Shown: positions 38,826-54,799, counted from the stretch's first letter. The stretch: DNA of 64,000 nucleotides from Gammaproteobacteria bacterium (GCA_965215365.1 CBDCDS010000003.1:2464001-2528000), one strand, 5' to 3'. Made by a program: numbers and translations. The notes: generated from the letters alone by a model not told the origin.

Positions 38826-39572
38826 ATGTACCGGGACCTGCGGGTCGGGGTGGTAATCCCGGCCTTGAACGAGGAACAGTCCATAGCGCTGGTCGTAGCC
38901 GGATTGCGGGCGTTGCGCAATGGTGATCAATCCAAAGTAGTGGATGAACTGGTCGTCTGTGACAACGGTTCCACGGACGCCACCGCTGCGCGCGCCCGGC
39001 ACGCCGGCGCCGCGGTGGTGCATGAACCACAGCGCGGTTACGGCAAGGCCTGTCTGGCGGCCCTGGGCGCGTTGCAGCGCCCGGAGGTGGTGCTCTTCAT
39101 TGACGGCGACCATGCCTTTGACCCGGCCCAGGCGACCACCTTGCTGGACGGCATCGCCGACGGCGCCGATTTGGTCATTGGCTCCCGCTCTCTGGGACAT
39201 ACTGCGCAGCACGCACTGGCGCCCGGCCAGGCCTTGGGCAACCGCATTATCTGCGCCGTGCTGCGGTGCCTGTGGGGACAACGGGTCACCGACCTGGGCC
39301 CCTACCGCGCCATCCGCGCGCAAACGCTGGCACGCCTGAACATGACCGACAGCCGCTTTGGTTGGACCGTGGAGATGCAGATCAAAGCCTTGCAACTGGG
39401 CCTGAAAACGATAGAAATACCCGTAGATACCCAAGTGCGCATTGGTCAATCCAAGATCAGCGGCACCTTGCGCGGCGCCCTCCTGGCCAGTTCTGGTATC
39501 CTGTACATGATCTTCAAACTGCGTTGGCGGCAATTCCGCCGCAAGCCGATAACCGAGACCAGCCAACCATGA
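38826..39572 (+). CDS. glycosyltransferase family 2 (polyprenol-phosphate sugar synthase-like)
   Basis: VVIPALNEE, DNGSTD, GYGKAC, FIDGD, DLVIGSR, TDLGPYRAI, GWTVEMQ. Confidence 0.9.
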   Translation: MYRDLRVGVVIPALNEEQSIALVVAGLRALRNGDQSKVVDELVVCDNGSTDATAARARHAGAAVVHEPQRGYGKACLAALGALQRPEVVLFIDGDHAFDPAQATTLLDGIADGADLVIGSRSLGHTAQHALAPGQALGNRIICAVLRCLWGQRVTDLGPYRAIRAQTLARLNMTDSRFGWTVEMQIKALQLGLKTIEIPVDTQVRIGQSKISGTLRGALLASSGILYMIFKLRWRQFRRKPITETSQP

Positions 39573-40405
39573 AAAGAACTATGCGAACTACTTTTTCCGC
39601 AGCCACACTGTGCTTTGCCCTGCTGGGCCTGACGCTGACGACCGACGCCGCCCCGCCGGCGCAAGTGATCGAAAAATGGAACGTCAGCAATGCCGCCAAC
39701 ACTGCCGTGATAAACCATGCAGCCTGGCAGGAGTTGCTGGACAGCTACCTGAAAACCGATGAGCCCGGCGGCATTCACCTGTTTGACTACGGCGCGCTGC
39801 AAGCCAACGAGGCCGACCGCAAGAAACTCGCCGCCTACCTGAAGAGTCTGGCCGGGGTGGACCCGCGCGACTATTCCCGCAACGAACAGCTGGCCTACTG
39901 GATCAACCTGTACAACGCGCTGACGATCTTTGTCATCGTGCCGCGCTACCCGGTGGAATCGATCAGGGACATCAAGAGCAGCCTCATCGACTTTGGCCCC
40001 TGGAACCTGGAACTGTTTCCCCTGCAAGGCGACAAACTCACCTTGAATCAGATCGAGCACGGCATTTTACGGCCAATCTGGCAAGACCCCAGAATCCACT
40101 ACGCGGTCAACTGCGCCAGCCTGGGCTGCCCGAATCTGGCGGCGCAGGCGTATCGTGCAGACAATCTGGAGCAGCTCTTGGAACAGGGCGCCAGCGACTA
40201 CATCAACCACCCGCGCGGCGCCCGGGTCGATAACGGGAAACTGATCATTTCCAGCATTTACGATTGGTTTGAAGAGGACTTCGGCGGCAATGCTGCCGGG
40301 GTGATTGCACACCTGCAACAGTACGCCCGCCCGGAACTGGCTGGTGAGCTGGAAAATTTTGACAAATTCGACGATTATTACGACTGGAAACTGAACGATT
40401 TGTAA
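39569..40405 (+). CDS. DUF547 domain secreted protein
   Basis: AYWINLYNALT, DPRIHYAVNCASLGCP, SSIYDWFEEDF, YDWKLN. ATGA-coupled to the GT2 gene. Confidence 0.9.
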   Translation: MKRTMRTTFSAATLCFALLGLTLTTDAAPPAQVIEKWNVSNAANTAVINHAAWQELLDSYLKTDEPGGIHLFDYGALQANEADRKKLAAYLKSLAGVDPRDYSRNEQLAYWINLYNALTIFVIVPRYPVESIRDIKSSLIDFGPWNLELFPLQGDKLTLNQIEHGILRPIWQDPRIHYAVNCASLGCPNLAAQAYRADNLEQLLEQGASDYINHPRGARVDNGKLIISSIYDWFEEDFGGNAAGVIAHLQQYARPELAGELENFDKFDDYYDWKLNDL

Positions 40406-40431
40406 CCGGCGGGGCGATCTGGTGCGGGCAT

Positions 40432-40899
40432 TCAGGGCTTTCTGAAGGTATCCAGAATGAGCAGCGCGGCGCCGAGGGTGATGGCGGAATCGGCAATGTT
40501 GAATACCGGCCAGGACCACTGGTTGTAATACACCTCGATAAAGTCCACCACATAGCCGTAGTGCAACCGGTCCCACAGGTTGCCGACAGCGCCGCCGAGG
40601 ATCAAGGCCAGGGCGCCGGCCAGCATTGATTTTCCGGCCGGCAGGCGGGTGAGCCAGATTAGCAGCACCAGACTGATGACCAGCGTCAGCGCGATGAAGA
40701 AATAACGCTGCCAACCCCCGGCCTCGCTGAGAAAACTGAACGCGGCGCCGGTGTTATGCACCAGGGTGAGGTTGAAGCCGGGCAACACCGGTAACGCCTG
40801 ATACAACGTCAGCCACTGTACCGCCATGGCTTTGCTCACCTGGTCAAGAATGATGACCAGCAACGTAAGCCAGAGCCAGCGCAAAGCTGTAGTTTTCAT
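40432..40899 (-). CDS. lspA: lipoprotein signal peptidase II
   Basis: DQVSK, NTGAAFS, GAVGNLWDR, VVDF, FNIAD. Confidence 0.96.
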   Translation of the reverse strand: MKTTALRWLWLTLLVIILDQVSKAMAVQWLTLYQALPVLPGFNLTLVHNTGAAFSFLSEAGGWQRYFFIALTLVISLVLLIWLTRLPAGKSMLAGALALILGGAVGNLWDRLHYGYVVDFIEVYYNQWSWPVFNIADSAITLGAALLILDTFRKP

Positions 40900-40900
40900 T

Positions 40901-43714
40901 TCAACAAAACTGCCGCGTTTCCCCTGCCCCGGCCACATTCAACACGCAACGCCCGCACAGTTGCGGATGCGCCGGGTCCACGCCGAGGTCTTCGCAACGG
41001 TGCCAGCAGCGCGCACATTTGCCATGGCTGGACGGCGTTACCTGTAGCCAGAGGCCGTCCAACTCACTCTGCCGGGCCGCTGCCGGGCGTGCCGTGGCAG
41101 ACTGCACTTGCGCCGCGGAGGTGATGAAGATATGACGTAACTCGGCTCCCGGATAATCCAGGGCAGCTTTGAGCGCACCGTCGCAATACAGCCGCACCGC
41201 CGCGTCCAGGGAGGAACCGATAGCGCCGTCCGTGCGCAGGCGCTCGAGCTCGCGGCTGACTGCCTCGCGCACCTTGATGATGGCAGGCCAGTGCTCAGAG
41301 CTGCTCACGTCCGGAAAATCCCGGTGCCACTCTTCCAGGAATACGGATTCACTGCGCGCGCCGGGCAGGTATTGCCAGTATTCATCCGCAGTGAAACTGA
41401 GCACCGGCGCCAGCCAGCGCACCAGCGCCTCGGCAATATGGTACATGGCAGTTTGCGCCGAACGCCGCGCCGGGCTGCCGCGTTGCAGGGTATAGATGCG
41501 GTCCTTGATGATATCCAGGTAGAACCCACCCAGGGTAACGACACAGTAATGGTGCAGTTTCTGGTAGATGAGGTGGAACTGGAAACCCTTATATGCACAG
41601 ATGATCTGTTCCTGCAAGCGTCTGGTTTCCAGCAGCGCCCACCGATCCAGCTCCAGTAATTCCTCAGCCGGCACACACTGTGTGTCGGGGTCGAACTGAT
41701 CCAGGTTGGCCAACAGGTAACGGGCGGTGTTGCGGATACGGCGATAGGCATCCGCCGTGCGTTTCAGTATCTCGTCGGACACGTTCATCTCACTGCGGTA
41801 GTCGGTGGCGGACACCCATAACCTGAGCACATCCGCGCCCAGGGTCTGCATGACTTGCTGCGGCGCCACCACATTGCCCAGCGACTTGGACATTTTCATG
41901 CCCTTGGCATCCACCGCAAACCCATGCGTGAGCACCTCCCGGTACGGCGCCTGCCGGTTGATGCCGACCGAGGTCAGCAGTGACGACTGAAACCAGCCGC
42001 GGTGCTGGTCGGAGCCTTCCAGGTAGAGATCGGCGGGGTAAGCCAGCTTGTCAGCGCGCGCCAGCACGGAGGCATGGGTCACACCCGAATCGAACCATAC
42101 GTCCAGGATATCCGTCACCTTGCGGTAGCGCGGCGCGTCGGCGCCGAGCAATTCCACCTCATCGAGTTCAAACCAGGCATCCACCCCGGACTGCTCTATG
42201 AGCTGTGCGACGGCTTCGATCAGGCGCGGCGTGTCGGGGTGCAACGCGCCCGTGTCCCGGCACATAAACACTGCGATGGGTACGCCCCAGGTGCGCTGCC
42301 GGGAGATACACCAGTCGCCACGCTCGCCCACCATGCCGCGAATGCGCTCGCGACCCCAGTCAGGCGTCCACTGTACCTGCTCGATCGCGTCCAGGGCCGC
42401 AGCGCGCAGGTCTCGGGCGTCCATGCTGAAAAACCATTGCGGCGTAGTACGGAAGATGACCGGCGACTTATGGCGCCAGCAATGGGGGTAACTGTGCCCC
42501 AGCGTGGTTTCCACCAGCAGGTTATTCCTGTCGATCAGCACTTCAATAATATGGGCATTGGCCTTGAATACGTGTTCACCGGCAAACAGTTCCGTATCAT
42601 CCCGGAAACAGCCGTTATCGGCCACCGGATTAGTGACGGGCAAGCCGTATTCCAGCCCTGCGCGGTAGTCGTCCACACCGTGACCCGGCGCCGTATGCAC
42701 CGCGCCGGTGCCGGTCTCCAGGGTCACATGGGCGCCCAGGATTACCGGCACCTGACGCGCATAAAACGGATGCTGCAGTTGCACGCCGGCCAGCGCCGAA
42801 CCCTTACAGCGGGCTAAAATGTGGTAGTTTTCCATGCCGTAACGATGCAATGCCGATGACGCCAGTTTTTCCGCCAGCAGCAACCGTTCCCGGCCGCGCG
42901 CTGATTCACACTGCACGACGACATAATCAAACCCCGCATTCAGCGCCACCGCCTGATTGGCCGGCAAGGTCCAGGGCGTGGTCGTCCAAATTACCAGGGA
43001 CAGGCGCCCATCGCCGCGCGCCGGGCCCGGTTCCGACGCCGCCGCAAACACGGCCTCGGCGTCAACGACGGGAAAGCACACGTCCACCGCCGGTGACTGT
43101 TTGTCGAGATATTCGACCTCGGCTTCTGCCAATGCCGAGGTGCAATCGAGACACCAGTACACCGGTTTGAAACCCTGGGTCAGGTGCCCGGCCTCAATCA
43201 TCCGGCCCAACGCCCGCACAATGTCGGCTTCGGTGTGATAATTCATGGTCAGGTACGGCGCATCCCAGTCACCCAGCACCCCCAGCCGTTCAAAATCAGT
43301 ACGCTGCCGGTTAACCTGCTTGTGCGCATAGTCGCGGCAGGCCTCGCGAAACCGGCGCGGTTCGACCCGCGCGCCGGCCTTGCCGAGCTTCTTTTCCACC
43401 TGGTGCTCAATGGGCAGGCCATGACAGTCCCAACCGGGCACGTAAGGGCAGTCAAACCCGTCCAGGCTGTGCGACTTGATGATGATGTCTTTCAGAATCT
43501 TGTTGACGGCATGGCCCAGGTGGATATCGCCATTGGCATACGGCGGGCCGTCATGCAGGATATACTTGTCGCGCCCGGCCCGGCGTTGTCGGAGATGGCC
43601 ATAAACGTCCAGTTCCTGCCAGCGCTGCAACATCCCCGGCTCGCGCTGCGCCAGATTTCCCTTCATGGGAAAGGCGGTTCTGGGCAGGCACAGCGTGTCT
43701 TTATAATCAGCCAT
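40901..43714 (-). CDS. ileS: isoleucine--tRNA ligase
   Basis: DGPPYANGDIHLGH, GWDCHGLP, WTTTPWT, KMSKS, C-terminal Zn finger. Confidence 0.98.
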   Translation of the reverse strand: MADYKDTLCLPRTAFPMKGNLAQREPGMLQRWQELDVYGHLRQRRAGRDKYILHDGPPYANGDIHLGHAVNKILKDIIIKSHSLDGFDCPYVPGWDCHGLPIEHQVEKKLGKAGARVEPRRFREACRDYAHKQVNRQRTDFERLGVLGDWDAPYLTMNYHTEADIVRALGRMIEAGHLTQGFKPVYWCLDCTSALAEAEVEYLDKQSPAVDVCFPVVDAEAVFAAASEPGPARGDGRLSLVIWTTTPWTLPANQAVALNAGFDYVVVQCESARGRERLLLAEKLASSALHRYGMENYHILARCKGSALAGVQLQHPFYARQVPVILGAHVTLETGTGAVHTAPGHGVDDYRAGLEYGLPVTNPVADNGCFRDDTELFAGEHVFKANAHIIEVLIDRNNLLVETTLGHSYPHCWRHKSPVIFRTTPQWFFSMDARDLRAAALDAIEQVQWTPDWGRERIRGMVGERGDWCISRQRTWGVPIAVFMCRDTGALHPDTPRLIEAVAQLIEQSGVDAWFELDEVELLGADAPRYRKVTDILDVWFDSGVTHASVLARADKLAYPADLYLEGSDQHRGWFQSSLLTSVGINRQAPYREVLTHGFAVDAKGMKMSKSLGNVVAPQQVMQTLGADVLRLWVSATDYRSEMNVSDEILKRTADAYRRIRNTARYLLANLDQFDPDTQCVPAEELLELDRWALLETRRLQEQIICAYKGFQFHLIYQKLHHYCVVTLGGFYLDIIKDRIYTLQRGSPARRSAQTAMYHIAEALVRWLAPVLSFTADEYWQYLPGARSESVFLEEWHRDFPDVSSSEHWPAIIKVREAVSRELERLRTDGAIGSSLDAAVRLYCDGALKAALDYPGAELRHIFITSAAQVQSATARPAAARQSELDGLWLQVTPSSHGKCARCWHRCEDLGVDPAHPQLCGRCVLNVAGAGETRQFC

Positions 43715-43740
43715 GTTTGCAGATTTATGTCCGCCGCGCG

Positions 43741-44679
43741 TCACTCTGACCCTTGAATTTTGAAAAATTCCCTGGCAATGCTGATGTCCGTTGCGATCTG
43801 TGCCACCAGTTCGTCGATGGAGGAGAATTTGCGCTCATCGCGCAGGCGTTTGAAGAACTCTACGCTGATATACCTGCCGTAAATCATTTGATCAAAGTCG
43901 AACAGGTGCGCCTCCAGTAGCAGTTTCGTATCCTCGAAGACCGGACGCGTGCCCAGGTTGGCAACACCTAAGTGGGTTTTCTCGCCGGCGCCTTTGACAC
44001 TCACTGCGAACACGCCGCGTAATGGCACGTGGCGCTTGCCGAGGTTGATATTGGCAGTGGGGAAACCCAACTGGCGCCCGCGCGCAGCGCCATGCGCCAC
44101 CCGCCCACTAATACTGAAATAGCGACCCAGCAGCAACTGCGCATCTTCGAAGCGACTTTCCTGCAAGCGCGCGCGGATGCTGCTGCTGCTCACCCGGTCG
44201 CCGTCCAGCCGGTGCGTCTCGGCCAAGATCACATCAAAACCCAGACGCTGGCTGAACTCGCGCAGCATGTGGTAGTCGCCGCGCCGGTTCTTGCCGAACT
44301 TGAAGTCATCGCCGATGATGAGCCGCTTGATTGACAGGTCGCCGACCAGTACCTGCTCGATAAACTGCTCCGCCGAGAGGTCGGCAACGCCCTGCTGGAA
44401 ACGCAGGCACAGCACCCGGTCGATGTCCTGCTGTTTGAGCATCTCCAATTTTTCCCGAAAACTGGTAATACGGGTCGGCGCCTTTTCCACATTAAAAAAC
44501 TCCTGCGGGTGCGGCTCAAAAGTGATCACCAGCGCCGGCAGGCCCATCACCTCGGCATGGCGCTTGAGCTGCCTGAGCAGCGCCTGATGGCCCAGGTGAA
44601 TGCCGTCATAGTTGCCAATAGTGGCAACACAACCCCGATGTCGGGACTTGAGATTGTATGAGTACCTGATCAGTTCCAT
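43741..44679 (-). CDS. ribF: bifunctional riboflavin kinase/FAD synthetase
   Basis: GNYDGIHLGH, FEPHP, VSSSSIR, GFPTAN, LEAH. Confidence 0.96.
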   Translation of the reverse strand: MELIRYSYNLKSRHRGCVATIGNYDGIHLGHQALLRQLKRHAEVMGLPALVITFEPHPQEFFNVEKAPTRITSFREKLEMLKQQDIDRVLCLRFQQGVADLSAEQFIEQVLVGDLSIKRLIIGDDFKFGKNRRGDYHMLREFSQRLGFDVILAETHRLDGDRVSSSSIRARLQESRFEDAQLLLGRYFSISGRVAHGAARGRQLGFPTANINLGKRHVPLRGVFAVSVKGAGEKTHLGVANLGTRPVFEDTKLLLEAHLFDFDQMIYGRYISVEFFKRLRDERKFSSIDELVAQIATDISIAREFFKIQGSE

Positions 44680-44708
44680 AGTGCATCCACAGATTGCGCA
44701 GATTAGCG

Positions 44709-44757
44709 TAAGGCCACCTCTAAAAATGCCATGGAGGGCGTTTTTAGAGGTTCCTTA
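44709..44757. repeat. repeat family A, medium form
   Basis: TAAGGCCACCTCTAAAAATGCC-ATGGAG-GGCGTTTTTAGAGGTTCCTTA. It supplies the last codons and the stop of murJ. Confidence 0.7.
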
Positions 44758-46285
44758 AATTACGCAGGCGCAGGCCGCAAAGCCACAGGGTAGCAAAGTA
44801 GGCCAGGGCGCCGGCAAGGGTGAATAATACTACATTAACGGCGCGCGCAGATAGATCCCATTGCAGCCAGGTGGGTGGCGCCGGCACGAAATACACCAGC
44901 GCCAGCGCCATCACCGCCAGCGCCAGACCGATCCGACCCAGGTGCGGGAGCCAGCCGGGGCTGGGCCGGAAACCTTTTTTTCGACGCAGTGCGCAGTATA
45001 GTAACGCGGCGTTGAGACCGGCCGCCAGGGAGGTGGCCAGGGCCAGACCGGCATGGGCCAGGGGAATGACCAGGGCCAGGTTCAGCACGATGTTGGCAAG
45101 CATGGCAAGCACCGCAATGGTGACCGGGGTTTTGGTGTCCTGCCTGGAAAAAAAGCCCGCAGACAGCACCTTCACCAGGATAAAGGCCGGCAGGCCCAGC
45201 GCGTACATGAGCAGGCTGCGATGGGCCATGTGTACATCGTAGGCGGAAAATTCGTTGTATTGAAACAGCGCGATCAACAGCGGCGCCCCCAGCAGCATCA
45301 GACCGGCGCCGGCGGGCAGCGCCACCAACAGCACCCAGCGCAAGGCCCAGTCCAGGATTTTATTGAACGCCGCGTGGTCCTTGCCGGCATGTTCCGCCGC
45401 CAGGCTGGGCAGTACCACAGTAGCCAGCGCAATACCAAACACGCCCAGCGGAAACTCAACCAGCCGGTCGGAAAAATACAGCCAGGAGATACTGCCCGTT
45501 GCCAGGAAGGATGCAATAATGGTATCGACCATCAGGTTCACCTGGGTGACGGAAACGGCGAACAGGGTCGGTATCATCAATTTGATTATTCTGCCCACGC
45601 CTTCCCGGTCGCGCCTGAAACGGGGCCGTGGCAACAGCCTCAATTTAAGCAGGAACGGGAACTGGAACAACAGTTGCGCCAAGCCCGCGATCAACACGCC
45701 CCAGGCCAGAGCCACCACCCGTTGCTCTGTCGGGAAATACGGCGTCAACCATAACGCGCAGCCAATCAGTGACAGGTTGAGCAATACCGGCGTGAACGCG
45801 GGCACGGCAAAACGCCGGTAGGTATTGAGTATGCCACCCGCCATCGCAGTTAAGGAAATAAACAGGATGTAAGGAAAGGTGATGCTCAACATGCGGGCGG
45901 CCAGCGCCTGCTTCTCCAGGTCGGTGCTGAAGCCAGGCGCAAAAAGCCAGATCAGCAGCGGCGCCGCCAGCACGCCAATTACCGTGGTCACGCACAACCA
46001 GGAACCCAATACCGCAACGGTATGTTCCAGCAAGGCGCTCACCTCGTCGCGGCTGCGGCGCTCCCGGTATTCCGATAACACCGGCACAAACGCCTGCGAG
46101 AAACCGCCTTCCGCGAAAATCCGGCGCAGGAAGTTAGGGATACGAAAGGCGACGATAAACGCATCCACCCCTGCCCCAGGACCAAACATGGCGCCGATGA
46201 GCACATCCCGAACCAACCCCAGCAGGCGCGATAGCGACGTCATCAGGCCGACCACCAGGGTAGATTTGAGCAGCTTGTTGCGCAT
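44744..46285 (-). CDS. murJ: lipid II flippase
   Basis: SRLLGLVRD, FRIPNFLRRIFAEGGFSQAFVPVL, DRLVEFPLG. Confidence 0.96.
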   Translation of the reverse strand: MRNKLLKSTLVVGLMTSLSRLLGLVRDVLIGAMFGPGAGVDAFIVAFRIPNFLRRIFAEGGFSQAFVPVLSEYRERRSRDEVSALLEHTVAVLGSWLCVTTVIGVLAAPLLIWLFAPGFSTDLEKQALAARMLSITFPYILFISLTAMAGGILNTYRRFAVPAFTPVLLNLSLIGCALWLTPYFPTEQRVVALAWGVLIAGLAQLLFQFPFLLKLRLLPRPRFRRDREGVGRIIKLMIPTLFAVSVTQVNLMVDTIIASFLATGSISWLYFSDRLVEFPLGVFGIALATVVLPSLAAEHAGKDHAAFNKILDWALRWVLLVALPAGAGLMLLGAPLLIALFQYNEFSAYDVHMAHRSLLMYALGLPAFILVKVLSAGFFSRQDTKTPVTIAVLAMLANIVLNLALVIPLAHAGLALATSLAAGLNAALLYCALRRKKGFRPSPGWLPHLGRIGLALAVMALALVYFVPAPPTWLQWDLSARAVNVVLFTLAGALAYFATLWLCGLRLRNLRNL

Positions 46286-46452
46286 GGGTGGAATTTAACA
46301 CGGATGGACAGGAGATACAGGATTTACCAGGCAAAATCTCAACCTGCCCCCACCTGTCTTACCGGAGTTAGCGAGCGCTACTGTTTGACAAGCCACCGTC
46401 TTGCCTGCATAGTACCGGCTTTGATTGATTACCGACCGTCAGGAGTCACATT

Positions 46453-46719
46453 TTGGCTAATATTGCATCAGCGAAGAAACGCGCCCGTCAGGCGGCCAAA
46501 CGCCGTCTGCACAACAACTCGCGCCGTTCCATGTTACGGACGTACCTCAGGAAAGTCGTGGAATCGATTGCCAGCGGTGACAAAACCGCGGCAACCGCTG
46601 CCTACCAGTCCGCCGTGCCCATCATCGACAGAATGGCCAACAAAGGCCTGATTCACAAAAACAAAGCCGCCCGCCACAAAAGCCGCCTGAACGCCAAAAT
46701 TCGCGCGTTGGGAGACTGA
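46453..46719 (+). CDS. rpsT: 30S ribosomal protein S20
   Basis: [27 protein letters not shown] start with an AGGAG RBS. TTGACA-17-CATAGT at 46385-46413. Confidence 0.97.
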   Translation: MANIASAKKRARQAAKRRLHNNSRRSMLRTYLRKVVESIASGDKTAATAAYQSAVPIIDRMANKGLIHKNKAARHKSRLNAKIRALGD

Positions 46720-46793
46720 GTACTGCGCTTGACACGCATACGTTTGGGCCAGCGCTGGCGCGACCAGCACCGACTCGAACCGGAAGAGTGGGG

Positions 46794-47414
46794 CTATGAA
46801 GCCATCAGAGACATCACCCAGCGCAAGTAAAACGGTCCGACGGCCAGCAGCAGAAAGGTCATCGACACCATCAGAGCGCCGAGCCTGATAACGATTTTGT
46901 CTTGCATAGATGTCATTGTCTGTTTCAGCGCCGCAACCTCAGCCCTGATTACAGCCAGCTGCGCTTCTAGGTCTTTTCTGGTTGCCACAATCTGCGCTTC
47001 CAGGTCTTTTCTGGTTACGGCAATCTCGGCTCTGATTTCAGCGGTCCGTACTTCCAGGTCTTTTCTGGTTGCCACAATCTGCGCTTCCAGGTCTTTTCTG
47101 GTTGCCACAATCTGCGCTTCCAGGTCTTTTCTGGTTGCCACAATCTGCGCTTCCAGGTCTTTTCTGGTTACGGCAATCTCGGCTCTGATTTCAGCGGTCC
47201 GTACTTCCAGGTCCTTTCTGGTTGCAGTGCCCTGCAATTCGAGATCTGCTTTGGTTGCTACGGTTTCGTTCATTGCCGTGCTGATGGTCGTTACAATAGC
47301 TTCGGCCTGCCGCTCCTCAAATCCGGAATTTCTCAACTGCTGCGCGGCTGTCAGTGTATCGAATGTCACCACTGCCGGTTTGTTGGCAGATAACGCTTCA
47401 TTAGCTGCTGTCAT
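46794..47414 (-). CDS. DUF1640/CCDC90-like membrane-anchored coiled-coil protein
   Basis: FDTL..L..GF..QAEAI head, ATKADL neck, repeated stalk, C-terminal TM. Confidence 0.85.
   Translation of the reverse strand: MTAANEALSANKPAVVTFDTLTAAQQLRNSGFEERQAEAIVTTISTAMNETVATKADLELQGTATRKDLEVRTAEIRAEIAVTRKDLEAQIVATRKDLEAQIVATRKDLEAQIVATRKDLEVRTAEIRAEIAVTRKDLEAQIVATRKDLEAQLAVIRAEVAALKQTMTSMQDKIVIRLGALMVSMTFLLLAVGPFYLRWVMSLMAS
46960..47225 (-). repeat. intragenic tandem repeats of 33 and 54 bp
   Basis: Units ATRKDLEAQIV (11 aa) and ATRKDLEVRTAEIRAEIA (18 aa), near-identical at DNA level. Confidence 0.9.
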
Positions 47415-47558
47415 TAGCTTTCTCCCTCGTCATGGCAAAGATCGGTTATAGCTCTTCGCCGGGGTTCCGATGCAGGCCGTCTGAATCTTGTAGCGGCCTG
47501 ATGAGATTTCAGTGTAGCACAGGCGGGTTGTTTTTTGCAATGGTGTTGCTGTCACCTG

Positions 47559-48681
47559 CTACTGAGGATAAAACACCACCATATTATCCCGGTGGATCAG
47601 TTCCTGCTCAGCGACGTAACCTAGTAACTGTTCAATCATATTGCTGGGCTGGCCCATGATTTTGTGGGTTTCAGCGGCGTTATAGTTAATCAGACCGCGG
47701 GCGAGCTCCTGGCCGTGGAGGTTGGTACAACTGACGACATCGCCCCGTTTGAACTTGCCGCGCACCTCTGCCACGCCTACGGCCAGCAGGCTTTTTCCTT
47801 GTTCTGTCAGCACCTTGCAGGCGCCGTCGTCGAGGGTCAGGCGGCCTTGCGGTGGTTTGTGTCCCGCCAACCATTGTTTACGCGCGGCCAGCGGCGTGCG
47901 ACCTACGCTGAGCAAGGTGCCGACCTGCTCATGGGCGGCAATTTTCAACAACACCTCAGCCTCCAGCCCGGAGCAGATGATTGTTTCTGTCCCGGACTTG
48001 GCTGCGGTCTCTGCGGCCTTGAGCTTGGTGAGCATGCCGCCGCGCCCCAGCGCGCCACCGGGCCCGGCAAATTCCAGCAGAGATGCATCACCCGCCTGTG
48101 CCGCGCTGAGTAAGCGGGCTTCAGGAAATGCGCGCGGGTCGCGCTCATACAAACCCGCTTGGTCGGTGAGAATGATCAGGCGGTCGGCTTCCGCCAGGTT
48201 TGCCACCAATCCGGCCAACGAGTCATTGTCACCGAAACGTATTTCGTCGGTGGCGACACTGTCATTTTCGTTGATGATTGGCACCACTTCCAGTTCCAGC
48301 AAGGTACGCAAGGTAGAACGGGCATTCAGGTAACGTTTGCGGTCGGCCACATCGTCATGGGTCAGCAGTATCTGGGCAGTGTGGATGCCATGGCCCTGGA
48401 ACGCGGACTCGTAAGCCTGGATCAACCCCGTTTGCCCGACTGCAGCCGCCGCTTGTTGCTCATGCAGACTGACGCGCCGCAACTTCCAGCCCAGCCGCGC
48501 GCGCCCCGCGGCGATAGCACCGGATGAGACGATAATAAAGTGAATGCCGCGCGCGCGTAACTGCGCCAGCTGGTCCACCCAGCCACCAATGACTTCGGGG
48601 CGCAAACCCAGACCGTCGTTGGTCAGTAAGGCGCTGCCTATTTTGACCACCCAGCATTGGCCGCTGAGGTCTGAGGCAGCC

Positions 48682-48692
<11 letters not shown>
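47559..48692 (-). CDS. proB: glutamate 5-kinase
   Basis: [34 protein letters not shown] domain. An alternative start is at 48713. Confidence 0.96.
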
Positions 48693-50440
<1,748 letters not shown>

Positions 50441-50466
50441 AGCACTACACCTGTTGAAATAACCCA

Positions 50467-50670
50467 TTAAAGCAATGATTTGAGTACAGGCAATATCTCA
50501 ACGACGATAACCAGACCAACCATCCATTTCAGCACCAGCAAATCAGCTTCTATCCTGCCAAACCTCGCATCGCTGTTGGCCATGGCCTTCGCTGCTTCTG
50601 TCGCTTTCTCATCATCGACGCCTGCTGCCCGAAAAGCATCATAAACTTCCTTAACGATCGCGCTCATCAA
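50467..50670 (-). CDS. short DUF1640/CCDC90-like membrane protein
   Basis: [18 protein letters not shown] head, short coil, LKWMVG TM anchor. Confidence 0.7.
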   Translation of the reverse strand: MMSAIVKEVYDAFRAAGVDDEKATEAAKAMANSDARFGRIEADLLVLKWMVGLVIVVEILPVLKSLL

Positions 50671-50735
50671 TTTACCACCTGTTAAAACTGCATACGGAGT
50701 ATTCTACATCACTCAAGGATGAAACACAAATGGTA

Positions 50736-50811
<76 letters not shown>

Positions 50812-50964
50812 AGCGAGCGGGTATTGTCTGCCAACTCGGATATAACTGCAACCGCAATTCCGTAGCCCGCAGATCTTGTCCAGATGAAAAGTCCACGTAT
50901 GATAACGGGAATTTTTCCTGAAATCGAAACTGTGCCGCCTGATTGTACTATAATACCCCCCGTT

Positions 50965-51067
50965 CCCTGAGGAGCGTTGCGACGGGCCGCGGCCTGCCAG
51001 GCTCAGGTAAACACGGTGTACGCACTCCGCTTCCTTGCGGGGGAACCCATAACCGAACGACGCTCAC
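50965..51067 (+). promoter_or_regulatory. SAH riboswitch
   Basis: CCTGAGGAGCGTTGCGACG..GCCAGGCTCAGG plus a distal AACGACGCTC pseudoknot strand. Directly upstream of metH, with TATAAT at 50949. Confidence 0.85.
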
Positions 51068-51088
51068 TTATTGCCGGAGAGAGGATAA

Positions 51089-54799
<3,711 letters not shown>

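Noticed and set aside
46960-47225. 33-bp repeats as a possible CRISPR array
   Set aside because: There are no unique spacers, the units are in-frame codon repeats inside a coiled-coil gene, and no cas genes are present.
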